Assembly: GCA_018266375.1 (NCBI GenBank)
Contig: JAFEAO010000001.1
Span: forward strand, 6,800-70,799
Reading direction: 5' to 3'
DNA from: Bdellovibrionales bacterium
GTDB taxonomy: Bacteria > Bdellovibrionota > UBA1018 > CAIMNF01
Length of the DNA stretch: 64,000 nucleotides
Of the stretch, positions 29,301 through 37,638 are shown piece after piece. Numbering within the stretch: position 1 is the stretch's first letter; each line of letters begins with the position of its first letter. The translations under genes and the position numbers were made by a program. The notes below the pieces were generated by a model, which saw only the letters and a program-made list of their open reading frames with translations, was not told the DNA's origin and ran no database searches.

Positions 29301-30272
29301 TATAATCCGATTTATTTAGGATCGAGCGGATCATGTTGGGGCGCAAGTGCGGGTTGTCCCGATGCGGCAGGCGGTGCGGTCCGGTTAAAGGTTCCGGGCA
29401 CAGCAACCATTAACGGAATCATCACCGCAGGCGGATCACAACAAAGCCAATCGGCCGGATCAGGAGGCAGCATCTACCTTGATGTCGGGACACTCACGGG
29501 GACGGGTACCGGGATCATTCGAGCAAACGGACCGCAGACTGCGACCGTGTATGGTGGAGGGGGAGGCGGAAGAATCGCTATTTACTACAATACATTTGGC
29601 GGACAATATGCCACTCCATCGACTTTAATCAGTAGTCTTCAGGCCTACGGTGGCAACCCCAGTGGAACAGCTGACGCCCGTGGAAGCGCTGGAACGATTT
29701 ACCTGAAAGCAAGTTCGCAAACATACGGTGATCTGATCATTAACAATAACGGAGCCGACAGCAATTTGACGACCTATTTCTTTCCGTTGGGATATGCCAC
29801 GCCGACATCGTCAGTTGTGACTTCGACTACTCTCACATCGCCCCTTGGTTTTTACAACTTGTACGGAGTTCTTGATTTTTTCAAAGGTTACTTCTTGAAT
29901 CCAAACGTTGCGCAAAACGCGACTGCCAAACTATCTGACGATACCGTGTTTTCAGTGACTGGCAATGATAACGCCACTTTAACTACCGCAACGACTGGCA
30001 TGGACAGCATCGCGAGCGCCGGTAACACCTTTGCTCTGCAGTTGATTTTTGATAACTTGGAAATCCGAAATCGTGGCAAATTGAATGCCACAGCTGTCAA
30101 CGTCCGTGTTTTGGACGGTGACCTTGGTTCAAACAACACTACCACCTTCTCGCAGGATGGGGGTCTATGGGGCCGCACTGTTGATCTCGGCCCGGGTGTG
30201 ACCTGGAGCAATACAGCCAACGCATCCGGCACCATCACCACAAAGTGCGCCGCGAACTTTCCTTGTCCTTAA
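23325..30272 (+). CDS. Giant surface lipoprotein (2315 aa): N-terminal Big-like (invasin/intimin-type Ig) domain array, then three diverged copies of a ~480-600-aa Gly-rich beta-helix-like module
   Basis: Lipobox ILSGCSG. At least five Ig-like repeats share (T/S)GTL(L/I/V)GSVTD(N/V/L)GNGTY(T/S/Q)Q(T/I/V)L(R/K). A three-fold module carries the motifs GSGG...RIA(I/V)YY...FxYPTNAxANIxAxGG, AGAGT(V/I)YLK(S/A)(T/S)xQTYGDLII(D/N)N, Y(V/L/F)(D/N)PNT(T/A)QNAT and D(N/D)xxF..(T/I)G. Confidence 0.8.
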   Translation: MRVLSAIAIIILSGCSGVSNQDMGNLIGVSVTGNNQPTSTPTGITLNIVGGNNQTSAPGTTFTDPLRVQLLDDGVPQANKNVNFTVTNGMGISFSASGGVTDASGMVQTYVTASNAGNITIRASYLSYGADFSLSVTNQSNATLTKISGDSQTATVGTVLSQPLIVETRDSGTGSPLSNILVRFTVSGGNGRLNSASSSMTVASDGTGRASVNFEVGTLAGANTVVASIVSVPAQNTTFSSTGTVPTNSVINFAQSTVTAATGTLVADGSQTTTLTLTTRDVYGNTIPSGGKTVAFTVNTGTLLGSVNDLGNGTYTQIVRAPVAMPPNAISASGTVNGSALTSTAANISLLSGSISLTNSTITSAASSMVADGIATVLVTVTLKDSLGNQLSTGGQNVVLTSSMGTLIGSVTDVGNGTYTQTLKSSSSTGTAIVSATVGGSPLSTSKSIAFVAGPPDATKAVIVANPTSLPPNGSSASVITVQLRDANNNPCTNATGHTVTLTKSTGGTWMGSGTNVVAATDNADGTYSAILIAAATLGNSTITGTDNAAVLSKTATVYFTNGAYGPDVSNSTIQVIGSNPTAADGVSTVVVKVSLRDSFNSPILTGGSAVTITTNSGTLLGSVTDNGDGTYQQTLRAPSSAAIATVGASVDGNTLVRTANVSFYGSISLTTSTITAAPGSIVANGTSTTVLYLNAKDSNGTEIPVGGEATIVFGTTGGTLVGSVTDNGNGTYSQVLRSAASALTASVGATRSGVPFSNTVNVEFYTANNRAGLTIDCSNIATYQNTTLLVDNGTLTMNSTGSAGTCPSSFTFNGIILQNNAILTHTAATTTQEYGLELTANYITIDATSTIDVSAKGYPFSPTNNMIRTQGNTDVSSGASMQVGGSYGGQGASSSGAGTNVNLTYGSIFEPFDLGSSGGRYSTHQSGSGGGKVKLTVTGPSGILNSGSIKAEGGKVPNTQLSGAGSGGSIWINTTKLAGTGTINANGAGTNFDGTLRYAGSGGRIAIYYGDFSDLTNNFSYPTNALANITARGGIGVGSCAAGAGTVYLKSTAQTYGDLIIDNKGVATCTSTNGTIINQPAIPTNEAITATTLTRTNSFGDSYNTAASPYKGWYVDPNTTQNATPKKSDNSLFKITGATASVLTTTGGNMTSVATVADPAELVLVFDNFEQGDKTQISVGNLRILSYGGDLRSTDNITVTLTDALPPKGIEFVGAQNITFNLNSWTLPSFLNEDFGTASLTVSGGNFNFGTINARNFIASAANLFGTKLRIAGNVSLSSVNATFNQLKGNFAIQADGAIEFLNATTITQTATTSTVEHSLEIFGSSINLATGCTLSARGKGYPSVVATKNRVFGNVDATVSWTGAAATGAGGTHGGRGGAQGTTYYPAEVWGNYRDPYTSGGSGGTSNGSSGPGGGIIRISTSGAGPITISGTVDARATDVNADNGAGGSIYLNGGLVTGSGTLDARGGTNSGGMNYMGGGGGRIAVYYTSLGGNFTYPTNAIANIKAWGGTSNANTSYWAAAGTIFMKASSENYGRLIVNNNNSPLVDSSGRRTVINFPAIVSSSGLVYDSGTDTTTLTSVGTFNERYGPSNAYIGMYLNPNTAQNATTAIQDDALFPIIGQTANTLIAQGNATSVGTSGNIFQLNSKLDELRVIGKGILEINNGVILTNNLVVINGQIGGTGSVEVAQPSLSDLTLTPNGGTVRLNGLSNIGILNLLPGTYIVPSGGTISTNGNLTMSGATISGSNINYNVIGDFTATSSTLGTIGTITTTGDMNLTSTTGTANGNISIGGASVLSGATLAQTTGNFSVGTNLTVGPVSTLTQSQYNATLTVPGNFFITTNSSVTANYPTIAGNLSVDQVSTLSSGNAVLTPFTTYNTVSNLNVTGDTTVTNGSTIYSNVTNSTTEYYLYLTTTNLNIDNTSSISADNRGYRNVVYRTFRSLGNTDYLPMNSAGTGYLTTSETASAGAYGGAGGGAGGPHRSNRPYGSFYNPIYLGSSGSCWGASAGCPDAAGGAVRLKVPGTATINGIITAGGSQQSQSAGSGGSIYLDVGTLTGTGTGIIRANGPQTATVYGGGGGGRIAIYYNTFGGQYATPSTLISSLQAYGGNPSGTADARGSAGTIYLKASSQTYGDLIINNNGADSNLTTYFFPLGYATPTSSVVTSTTLTSPLGFYNLYGVLDFFKGYFLNPNVAQNATAKLSDDTVFSVTGNDNATLTTATTGMDSIASAGNTFALQLIFDNLEIRNRGKLNATAVNVRVLDGDLGSNNTTTFSQDGGLWGRTVDLGPGVTWSNTANASGTITTKCAANFPCP

Positions 30273-30391
30273 AAGCGCATAAAATAGCTTTCATGCCTTC
30301 ACAATAGAAAAACTGATTACCCTTCATCACCAAAGATTAGACGACCAAAAACACCCCTTAAGTTAACCTAAATAATGAGGGGCAGCATTAT

Positions 30392-31330
30392 ATGGCGCGT
30401 GGCAGTAATATTTGGTTAAATGGTAAAATCCTTCCGGCAGAAGAGGCAAAATTAAGCCTTTTCTCTCACGTAATTCATTACGGTACCGGAGCGTTCGAAG
30501 GCATTCGCGCGTATAAGCAAAAAGCCGGCGGCGGAGCAATTTTCCGTCTTCGCGAACACATGGAACGTCTCGAAGACTCCATCAAAATTATGGGATTCGA
30601 CATCGGTTTCTCGGTCGAAGAACTCATGCAAGCCGCCATCGACGTTTGCAAAGCCAACAACTTCGAAGAATGCTACCTCCGCCCGATCGCATTCATCGGC
30701 GACGGACCACTCGGCGTCTTTCCGGGATTGACTCCAAAAATCGAAGTCGCGATCCTCACTTGGGAGTGGGGCTCCTACCTCGGCGACAAAGGCATCAATG
30801 AAGGCGCGAAACTCATGACTTCCACCTTTGCTCGTCCGCAAGTCAATAGCGTCCTCTCCAAAGGTAAAGTCTCCGGTCAGTATGTGATGGGTGTCGCTGC
30901 TAAACGCGAAGCGATTCAAGCCGGATTCGACGAGGCTCTTATGCTCGACGTCGATGGTTTCATGACCGAAGGTACCGGCGAAAACCTTTTCATCATCAGC
31001 GGTGGCAAAGTAAAGACCACCCCACTCACCTCGATTTTGAACGGCATCACTCGCAACACCGTCATGCAAATGATCGAAAAGCGGGGTCTCAAACTCGAAG
31101 AGCAACGTTTTACTCGCGATGAGTTGTGGGTTGCCGACGAAGTATTCCTGACCGGGACTGCCGCCGAAATCACACCGGTATCCGAAGTCGATCGCCGTAA
31201 GATCGGCCGTGGCCCGAAAGCCGGTAAACCCGGCGAAGTGTCACTCATGCTTCAACGCGATTACAATAAACTCGTGCGCGGCGAACTCGTGAGCGAGTTT
31301 CCAAAACACTGGTTGACGCTCATTAAATAA
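30392..31330 (+). CDS. ilvE: Branched-chain amino acid aminotransferase (class IV)
   Basis: ...HVIHYGTGAFEGIRAYK... and ...EVFLTGTAAEITPV..., with the conserved Lys region. 312 aa. Confidence 0.85.
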   Translation: MARGSNIWLNGKILPAEEAKLSLFSHVIHYGTGAFEGIRAYKQKAGGGAIFRLREHMERLEDSIKIMGFDIGFSVEELMQAAIDVCKANNFEECYLRPIAFIGDGPLGVFPGLTPKIEVAILTWEWGSYLGDKGINEGAKLMTSTFARPQVNSVLSKGKVSGQYVMGVAAKREAIQAGFDEALMLDVDGFMTEGTGENLFIISGGKVKTTPLTSILNGITRNTVMQMIEKRGLKLEEQRFTRDELWVADEVFLTGTAAEITPVSEVDRRKIGRGPKAGKPGEVSLMLQRDYNKLVRGELVSEFPKHWLTLIK

Positions 31331-31346
31331 CTTACACTCGGGGTAA

Positions 31347-32042
31347 GTGACTTCACCTTTCGAGATCTTCTTTGAAGATCAACATCTCATCGTTTTGTCC
31401 AAAGCGCCGGGCGTCTTAAGCCAAGGCGATGTCTCAGGCGACCAGAACCTCGTCGACCTTTTACGCGCGCATTTCGGCCGGAGTTACGTGGGAACGCTCC
31501 ACCGCCTCGATCGCAACACGAGCGGCCTCATGGTTTTTGCAAAACGCAGTAAGGCGGCTGAGCGCCTCACCTCCGCGCTCCAAAACGGAGAGCTCATCCG
31601 CAAGTATCACGCACTCTTGTGGGGAGAACTGAAAACAAAATCCCCGGAGCCGATGCGACTTGAGCACTGGCTTCTCAAAAACGAAAAAACAAACGAGACA
31701 AAAATCGTAGCGCCCAAAGTGAACGGCGCAAAACAAGCCCTGCTCCACCTGCAACCTCTCAAAACTTTCGCTCATCCGAAGACCGGTGACCTCATCACTT
31801 CGGCCGAATTTACGCTTGAAACAGGCCGAAGCCACCAAATCCGCGCACAAACCAACGCTATCGGTCACCCATTAATCGGAGACCATAAGTACGGTAACGC
31901 CAAAAGTTTGGCACTCTTTTCCCGCCCAGCTCTCCATTCTTGCTTCCTATCGTTTCCACACCCGATGTCCAAAGAATGGATGACGTTTGAGCAGCGTTAT
32001 TATGCTGACATGATTGAAAATTTTTCAACTGCGCTTGAATAA
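31347..32042 (+). CDS. RluA-family RNA pseudouridine synthase
   Basis: HRLDRNTSGLMVFAK catalytic-Asp motif and ...GRSHQIRAQ... motif III. Confidence 0.8.
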   Translation: MTSPFEIFFEDQHLIVLSKAPGVLSQGDVSGDQNLVDLLRAHFGRSYVGTLHRLDRNTSGLMVFAKRSKAAERLTSALQNGELIRKYHALLWGELKTKSPEPMRLEHWLLKNEKTNETKIVAPKVNGAKQALLHLQPLKTFAHPKTGDLITSAEFTLETGRSHQIRAQTNAIGHPLIGDHKYGNAKSLALFSRPALHSCFLSFPHPMSKEWMTFEQRYYADMIENFSTALE

Positions 32043-32069
32043 GTTTTCGCCCACGTTACCCTATTAAGG

Positions 32070-33428
32070 ATGGGCTCTTGGGCTTTTAAATTCTTTATTT
32101 TCCTTGTGTTCTCCTCATGCAACGCTTTTGCGACGGTCGGAACTTTGGTCGATTACAAATCGATCGACAGTCGGTCTATCGGAAGCATCGGACTCGATAC
32201 TTCGAGCTTTATGTATAAGGCCAAAGGCCGCGATACTTCAGCCACAACTTTCGAAGCCTCTCTCGGAGGACAATTCGACACCGCGATTTTACACGGCGTC
32301 GGCTCCGCCCAGTTTTTTACATTCGTAAATAATTCACCCCAACTCGGATTCGAAGCACCCGAGCTCTACCTCTCGACTCAAAAGAATCTTCTCGATGCCC
32401 ACACCATCACCGTCGGCCGCCGGAAGTTCGAATGGTCGAAGGTCGACAAAGAATGGAACATGATGAGCCTCTGGTCGCCGCGTTTTACCTGGGATCAAAT
32501 CTACCCTGAGACCATCGGGATGACCGGGCTTTTTTACACGTACGAAACGCCCCGCTTTAAATTTATGGCGTTCGGTTCGCCGATCGCGATTCCGGAGCGC
32601 GGTACCCCGATCTCCGAAGAAAACGGCAACATCGTTTCTCCCAATCCATTTTGGAATCCGCTTCCAAGCCAACTCAGCGTCCAAGGCGCACCGACGCAAA
32701 TCAACTACACCCTCCTCATGCCGGCGCTTCAGGATATTCTTTTGCGTCCGAACTTTGCCGTTCGCGGATACTACGATCTCGGCGAAGGCTTTTGGTTGAG
32801 CGCGAACGCAGGGGTGCTTCCAGTCAACATGACTCAGCTCGCGGCCGAGCCGTATTATTACCATGGCAACATCAACGTGAACATCCGCCCTCAGTTCCCG
32901 ATGCGTAACCTCTACACCGCCGAGTTTGGCTACAATGACTCCAGTAAACTTTGGAACGCGTGGATGTCCGTCAGTTACGAAAAACCCTTCAACTTCGAAA
33001 ACAACCGCAACTGGTTGAATCCGGTGATCACTCCGACTTCGGTCGTGAGCTTGGGCACCGACTTTCAAGTCACCAATAACTTCCGTTTCGACGGTGCGAT
33101 CTTGTTCGTGCGCGAGCAGGAGTTTGTCCGCGACTCAAGCCTTCCGAACATCAACGTCGATCTTCCGACCCGCTACCCGCTTAAGCAGGGCATCAAAGCG
33201 GCAGGCACCTGGTCGTTCAGCGACACAAACGAAGCCACCGTGGCTTGGATTCAAGATCTCGTGCAATCATCAAACTTCGTCTCTTTCGATTTACAGCACA
33301 AAATTTTCAGCGCGAATATGTCCATCGGCGGGGGTGCTGATCTCATGCTTGCGAATACAAACAAGGGTTGGGTCGGGCAATATTACGGGGATGACCGACT
33401 TCGAGGTTGGCTAAAGTATGCGTTCTAA
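32070..33428 (+). CDS. Outer-membrane beta-barrel protein, hypothetical (452 aa)
   Basis: Signal peptide MGSWAFKFFIFLVFSSCNAFA, aromatic-rich alternating pattern, and a C-terminal ...GWLKYAF terminal Phe. Confidence 0.5.
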   Translation: MGSWAFKFFIFLVFSSCNAFATVGTLVDYKSIDSRSIGSIGLDTSSFMYKAKGRDTSATTFEASLGGQFDTAILHGVGSAQFFTFVNNSPQLGFEAPELYLSTQKNLLDAHTITVGRRKFEWSKVDKEWNMMSLWSPRFTWDQIYPETIGMTGLFYTYETPRFKFMAFGSPIAIPERGTPISEENGNIVSPNPFWNPLPSQLSVQGAPTQINYTLLMPALQDILLRPNFAVRGYYDLGEGFWLSANAGVLPVNMTQLAAEPYYYHGNINVNIRPQFPMRNLYTAEFGYNDSSKLWNAWMSVSYEKPFNFENNRNWLNPVITPTSVVSLGTDFQVTNNFRFDGAILFVREQEFVRDSSLPNINVDLPTRYPLKQGIKAAGTWSFSDTNEATVAWIQDLVQSSNFVSFDLQHKIFSANMSIGGGADLMLANTNKGWVGQYYGDDRLRGWLKYAF

Positions 33429-35736
33429 AATTCTTTCCTACATTTCGGTCTTGAGCCTCTGCCTTAGCGGCTGCGGTCTTTTAGGCAATAAAGACGCTCC
33501 CGAGGCAAAGTCAAACGTGAGCGCGACCGGATGCTTGAACGAATCCAAAGACTTGATCGGTCGTTACGTCGGGGGCAGAATGACCCAGACCGAATGGAAA
33601 TCCGCTTTCGACTGTATTAACAAATCCCTCGATTTCTTCACCGACTTCGTCCGCGGATCGGGCGTCGACTCTTACACGCAAGGCGACATGTACGAACTCG
33701 TAACCAAGTTTTTGATCACGAACGGCAAAGTCCGTCCCGATCTCATGCGCGGGGCCTTTAACCTGAAGATGGCTCTCTTCGGCGGTGACGCAAAAGAATT
33801 CAAAAAAGACGAAGTGGAAGTCCTGAAGCGCTCTCTCACTCGGCTTCATGATATTACCAGTGACCTCATTCCTTATCTGCAACTCCGCCAGAATCCGAAT
33901 GCGGATCTGAACCAAATCCTTGAAATGGTTCCGGCCTTCAAACGCGCCGGCGACCAACTCGCGGACTTCATGAACACGCTGCCGACCAACATCATGAGTT
34001 CGGACGCGATGGATTTGCTCTTTAATGAACTCACCTACACCCTGGGCCTCTCTCAAGTCGATAACTTGGGCGAAAAGGTGTCGGTCGCGAAATGGCTTTT
34101 GTTCAACACCCGCCGAGACGCGTTCGAGCCCTATGACTGGGCACAGATCTTCCGCGATGCCTTCGGCTTAGGCGGTATCTTGCTCGCTCTTAAAACCGCG
34201 GGTGCTCCTGCCGAAGTTTGCGCTGACCCCAACAACTCCGAGCCTAAATGCAAGGTGTTCCAGCGTTTAGGCGAAGACTACCGTTACCGCGAATTCTTCT
34301 GGGAACTTCTCCAGCAAGCGAAACCTTACTTCACCGATGCCCTGAAACGCCATAACGGCTCGGTTCCGCTTCCCATCTTCGATCACATCGTCGACAACCT
34401 TCCCAAAGGCATGCTCGATAGCGTGCCAAAACCAGTACTGAAGAACGTGATCCGTCCGATGGTGATGCGCCTCATCGGTTCTGAGAGCGAAATCGGTTTT
34501 GACAACCGTACCATCGACAACCTCTACGGCCTCGTTGAGAACGTCGTGAAGGATTTAGGCCTCCTCGATCGATTCTACGAGAGAACCGGGCTGAATCCGG
34601 ATAGCGTCACGGTGGCAAACTTCAATACTACCATTAAACAATACGAGGGAAGCCTCTCCGGCGACGATCTCCGCCGATTCCAAACGATTGAAACTGCGTT
34701 GACCGAGCAACCTGCCCTCATGCAGCCGGACGGATTTATCAAATACGTTCCAAATCTCGGTTACTCGCTCACTCAGCACCGCGTGGTGCTCGCGTTCCGC
34801 AACTTGGTGAACTTCATCCACGTCGGTTACGGAAGCGGTTCCGATCACTTTCTCGAAAACGATTTTACCCAGTTCTTCGCCGACTACACCGAGCTTTGCT
34901 ACGCATTTAAGTTGATCGACATCACCGTCGCGGATTTCGGCAAAAAACGTTTCTCGGATCTCGATCTCTTTACCGCGAAAAGTAACGGCGACGCAAAAGC
35001 CCAGATCCCAGAAATAGTGACCTACGCGCTCACTCTCGTGTCATCAGGCAAAATGACTACGAAAATGAAAAAGGAAATCGACGCCGCTTGTCCGCTCAGT
35101 AACGGCATGGACAACATGGACACGTATTGGGTGGACGGTGATTGTTTCCGCCGTCAGTACAATGAGCGCCTCGAGTATTGGCTCGATAACTTCCCGCGCT
35201 TTAAAGCCTATTGGGTCAACCTCGGTCCGACCGACAAAGCCAAGGCCATGAAGTGGCTCGAGCACGGTGCCCGTCGTAACGGCTACACCGGCGACCTGAA
35301 CCAGCCGCAAATGGACTGGTTCGGCGCCTTCGACTTCCAAGCGATGGCGACAGTGATCCATTATACCGAAGCCCTGTTTACTCGCTTCGACGGCAATATC
35401 AACGAGACTCTGAGCAAGTCCGAGGTCAACAACGCGTTTGACCTCTTTAAAAACCTGATTCAGAGAAAAGCAAAAGACGTCGCCAACACCGACATCTCAA
35501 GTAACTACATCTTGAAGGCGGTGTTTTCGTACATCGTGCGATACCGCTCGATGCCGGTCCTGAGCTTAAGTCAGTTGGGTAACACCGCGCAATTCGTGTG
35601 GTGGCTCGCCGTTTACTCGCTTCCGACGACAAACTATTCGGCCGACCGTATCGGCGTTTTCAACATCGTCTGTCAACTTGCATTACCGGATTCAGATGAC
35701 CAGAAAAAACGCACAAAAGACATCTGCGCACCATAA
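33418..35736 (+). CDS. Large lipoprotein, hypothetical (772 aa), with one canonical EF-hand-like Ca-binding loop
   Basis: Lipobox LSGCGLL. The DGNINETLSKSE segment is a 12-residue EF-hand loop (DxNxNxxxxxxE). No other family recognised. It overlaps the preceding OMP gene by 11 nt. Confidence 0.5.
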   Translation: MRSKILSYISVLSLCLSGCGLLGNKDAPEAKSNVSATGCLNESKDLIGRYVGGRMTQTEWKSAFDCINKSLDFFTDFVRGSGVDSYTQGDMYELVTKFLITNGKVRPDLMRGAFNLKMALFGGDAKEFKKDEVEVLKRSLTRLHDITSDLIPYLQLRQNPNADLNQILEMVPAFKRAGDQLADFMNTLPTNIMSSDAMDLLFNELTYTLGLSQVDNLGEKVSVAKWLLFNTRRDAFEPYDWAQIFRDAFGLGGILLALKTAGAPAEVCADPNNSEPKCKVFQRLGEDYRYREFFWELLQQAKPYFTDALKRHNGSVPLPIFDHIVDNLPKGMLDSVPKPVLKNVIRPMVMRLIGSESEIGFDNRTIDNLYGLVENVVKDLGLLDRFYERTGLNPDSVTVANFNTTIKQYEGSLSGDDLRRFQTIETALTEQPALMQPDGFIKYVPNLGYSLTQHRVVLAFRNLVNFIHVGYGSGSDHFLENDFTQFFADYTELCYAFKLIDITVADFGKKRFSDLDLFTAKSNGDAKAQIPEIVTYALTLVSSGKMTTKMKKEIDAACPLSNGMDNMDTYWVDGDCFRRQYNERLEYWLDNFPRFKAYWVNLGPTDKAKAMKWLEHGARRNGYTGDLNQPQMDWFGAFDFQAMATVIHYTEALFTRFDGNINETLSKSEVNNAFDLFKNLIQRKAKDVANTDISSNYILKAVFSYIVRYRSMPVLSLSQLGNTAQFVWWLAVYSLPTTNYSADRIGVFNIVCQLALPDSDDQKKRTKDICAP

Positions 35737-37623
35737 ATGACTGGCCCCGAGCACTCGATCCAGATCACTCGTCTTAAGATTCAAGGCACTCGCACCCCTT
35801 TTTCGGAACGGTTTGACGACGTCTACTTTGCCGAAGACTCGGGCATCGAAGAATCTCGCTATGTGTACCTGGAAGGGGTTGATCTGGCTTCACGCCTCTC
35901 TGTTAATCCTGTGCACACGATCGGTGAAATCGGGTTCGGCGTCGGGCTTAATTTTTTGCTCACGCTTCAATTTTTTAAGAGCGCCGCGAAGAGCACGCAA
36001 AAACTCTTCTACTTCTCGGCCGAGCAGTTCCCCGTCCATAAAAACGATCTGGTGGCGTTATATGCGCTTTATCCCGAACTGGCACAAGAATCCCACGAGC
36101 TTTTAGTTCAATACCCGGTACTGACTCCGGGCGTGCACACTCTGAGATTTTGCGAAGGACGGATCGTTCTGTATCTCCTGATCGGGTCGGCCGAACAGAT
36201 GTTTGCCAATATCGATACGCCGATTCAGTCCTGGTACTGGGACGGCTTCGCGCCCACTAAAAATCCAGATGCGTTTTCAGAAACGCTGTTTCAAACGCTG
36301 TCCGCGGTTTCGGCGCCGCGCGCGCGCGGCGCTAGCTTTACCTCGGCCGGTTGGGTGCGCCGAGGTTTAGAGAAAGCGGGTTTCAAAATCGAAAAACGTT
36401 GTGGGTTTGGAAGAAAGCGCGAATGCATTCGCGGCGATCTCGTTCGAGAAAAGACACTCGCGCCGAAGACACCCGCTTGGTTCTCCGGGGAGAAGCTAAA
36501 ACTCGCCGATCCTGCACACGATTCGATCGCAGTCGCCGGGGCCGGGCTTGCGGGCTCGGCCATAGCACGCGTTCTGGCCGACCGCGGATTCAAAGTTACC
36601 GTCTATGATCCGAACGGGATTGCGACTCGAGCCTCTGGCAATCGCGCCGGGTTGTTTAATGTCCAAATTAGCCGACTTCCAAACCCGATCAGCCGATTTG
36701 CGCAGGCGGCGCTCGTGCAGTTTTTGCAAGAAGTTACAAATTACGATTTGACCGTTGATTACGGCATTCTCCGCAACGACTCCGGAGATCTCCAGGCATT
36801 TCAAAATTCTCAGTATCCCGAAGACTTTTATAGCCTACGCGACGACGGACTCTTTTTACCCCGGTGCGGGTTTTTGAATCCGGCCGAACTTTGCAAAATG
36901 CGCCTTACTCACCCAAATATCACCGTCGTCGCGCAAGGTCTGCCCGAAAAGTCCGAGGCCTCGCATGTCATCTATGCTCAAGGCGCGGACCTGAAACTTG
37001 CGGATTCGATCCATCATCCGGTCTTAGATCAATTTCCGGTGAGACCGATCCGCGGACAGGTGCTTGAGCTTAAATCCACCGAAAAATCCACGGAGATCCA
37101 GACCGCTCGGGTGTTTCATGGATACGTGACACCACTCCGTCCGGAGATCACCGGCTACGCCGTCCATATACTCGGCGCCACCTATCAGGCAAAAAACATC
37201 GCGTCTAACCAAGAAGAAATCGATCGCAACTTCCTCATGAGTGAAGCGCGTCGCTCCTGGCCCGGAGAGTTCGCGAATCTCGAAGCCGCAAACGTCGTCC
37301 GCAGCCGCGAAGGGTTCCGGCTCTCGACTCCGGATAAGCTCCCGTTGATCGGCCCGCTCGCCGATCCGCGGTGGTTAAAGACAAACTACGAACGGGCACT
37401 CAAAGGGACACGAGGCGCTGCGGTTCCGCCGCTGGAGGTCCGGCCGGGAGAGTGGTGTTTATTGGGTTTGGGCTCGAGAGGAATCACGTTCTCATGCCTG
37501 GGCGCTCAAATTCTGGCAAGCGTCATGACTGGGGAACCGCTTCCAATCGAACTCGATCTCTGGTCTCACCTGCATCCGGCGCGATTTTTTATCAGAAACC
37601 TGCGCAAAAATGAGCCCATTTGA
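35737..37623 (+). CDS. mnmC: Bifunctional tRNA 5-methylaminomethyl-2-thiouridine biosynthesis protein MnmC (methyltransferase + FAD-dependent oxidase)
   Basis: N-terminal ...FSERFDDVYFAEDSGIEESRYVYLEG...IGEIGFGVGLNFL (MnmC_N methyltransferase domain). C-terminal ...IAVAGAGLAGSAIARVLADRGFKVTVYD (FAD/DAO fold). The ATG directly follows the TAA of the lipoprotein gene. Confidence 0.8.
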   Translation: MTGPEHSIQITRLKIQGTRTPFSERFDDVYFAEDSGIEESRYVYLEGVDLASRLSVNPVHTIGEIGFGVGLNFLLTLQFFKSAAKSTQKLFYFSAEQFPVHKNDLVALYALYPELAQESHELLVQYPVLTPGVHTLRFCEGRIVLYLLIGSAEQMFANIDTPIQSWYWDGFAPTKNPDAFSETLFQTLSAVSAPRARGASFTSAGWVRRGLEKAGFKIEKRCGFGRKRECIRGDLVREKTLAPKTPAWFSGEKLKLADPAHDSIAVAGAGLAGSAIARVLADRGFKVTVYDPNGIATRASGNRAGLFNVQISRLPNPISRFAQAALVQFLQEVTNYDLTVDYGILRNDSGDLQAFQNSQYPEDFYSLRDDGLFLPRCGFLNPAELCKMRLTHPNITVVAQGLPEKSEASHVIYAQGADLKLADSIHHPVLDQFPVRPIRGQVLELKSTEKSTEIQTARVFHGYVTPLRPEITGYAVHILGATYQAKNIASNQEEIDRNFLMSEARRSWPGEFANLEAANVVRSREGFRLSTPDKLPLIGPLADPRWLKTNYERALKGTRGAAVPPLEVRPGEWCLLGLGSRGITFSCLGAQILASVMTGEPLPIELDLWSHLHPARFFIRNLRKNEPI

Positions 37624-37638
37624 GGTAAATTAGGGTTC

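Noticed and set aside
23337-30241. Numerous 60-135-aa ORFs on the minus strand and in alternate frames within the giant gene (e.g. 23337..23741, 23705..24010, 25752..26102, 28577..28852, 29888..30241)
   Set aside because: All are embedded in the 2315-aa reading frame, whose repeat-motif conservation proves it is the coding frame. None of them has an RBS.
30452-31105. 217-aa antisense ORF opposite ilvE, and 244-aa (32334..33068) and 199-aa (37630..38229) antisense ORFs opposite the OMP and GT2 genes
   Set aside because: The sense genes carry diagnostic motifs, and the antisense frames lack any support.
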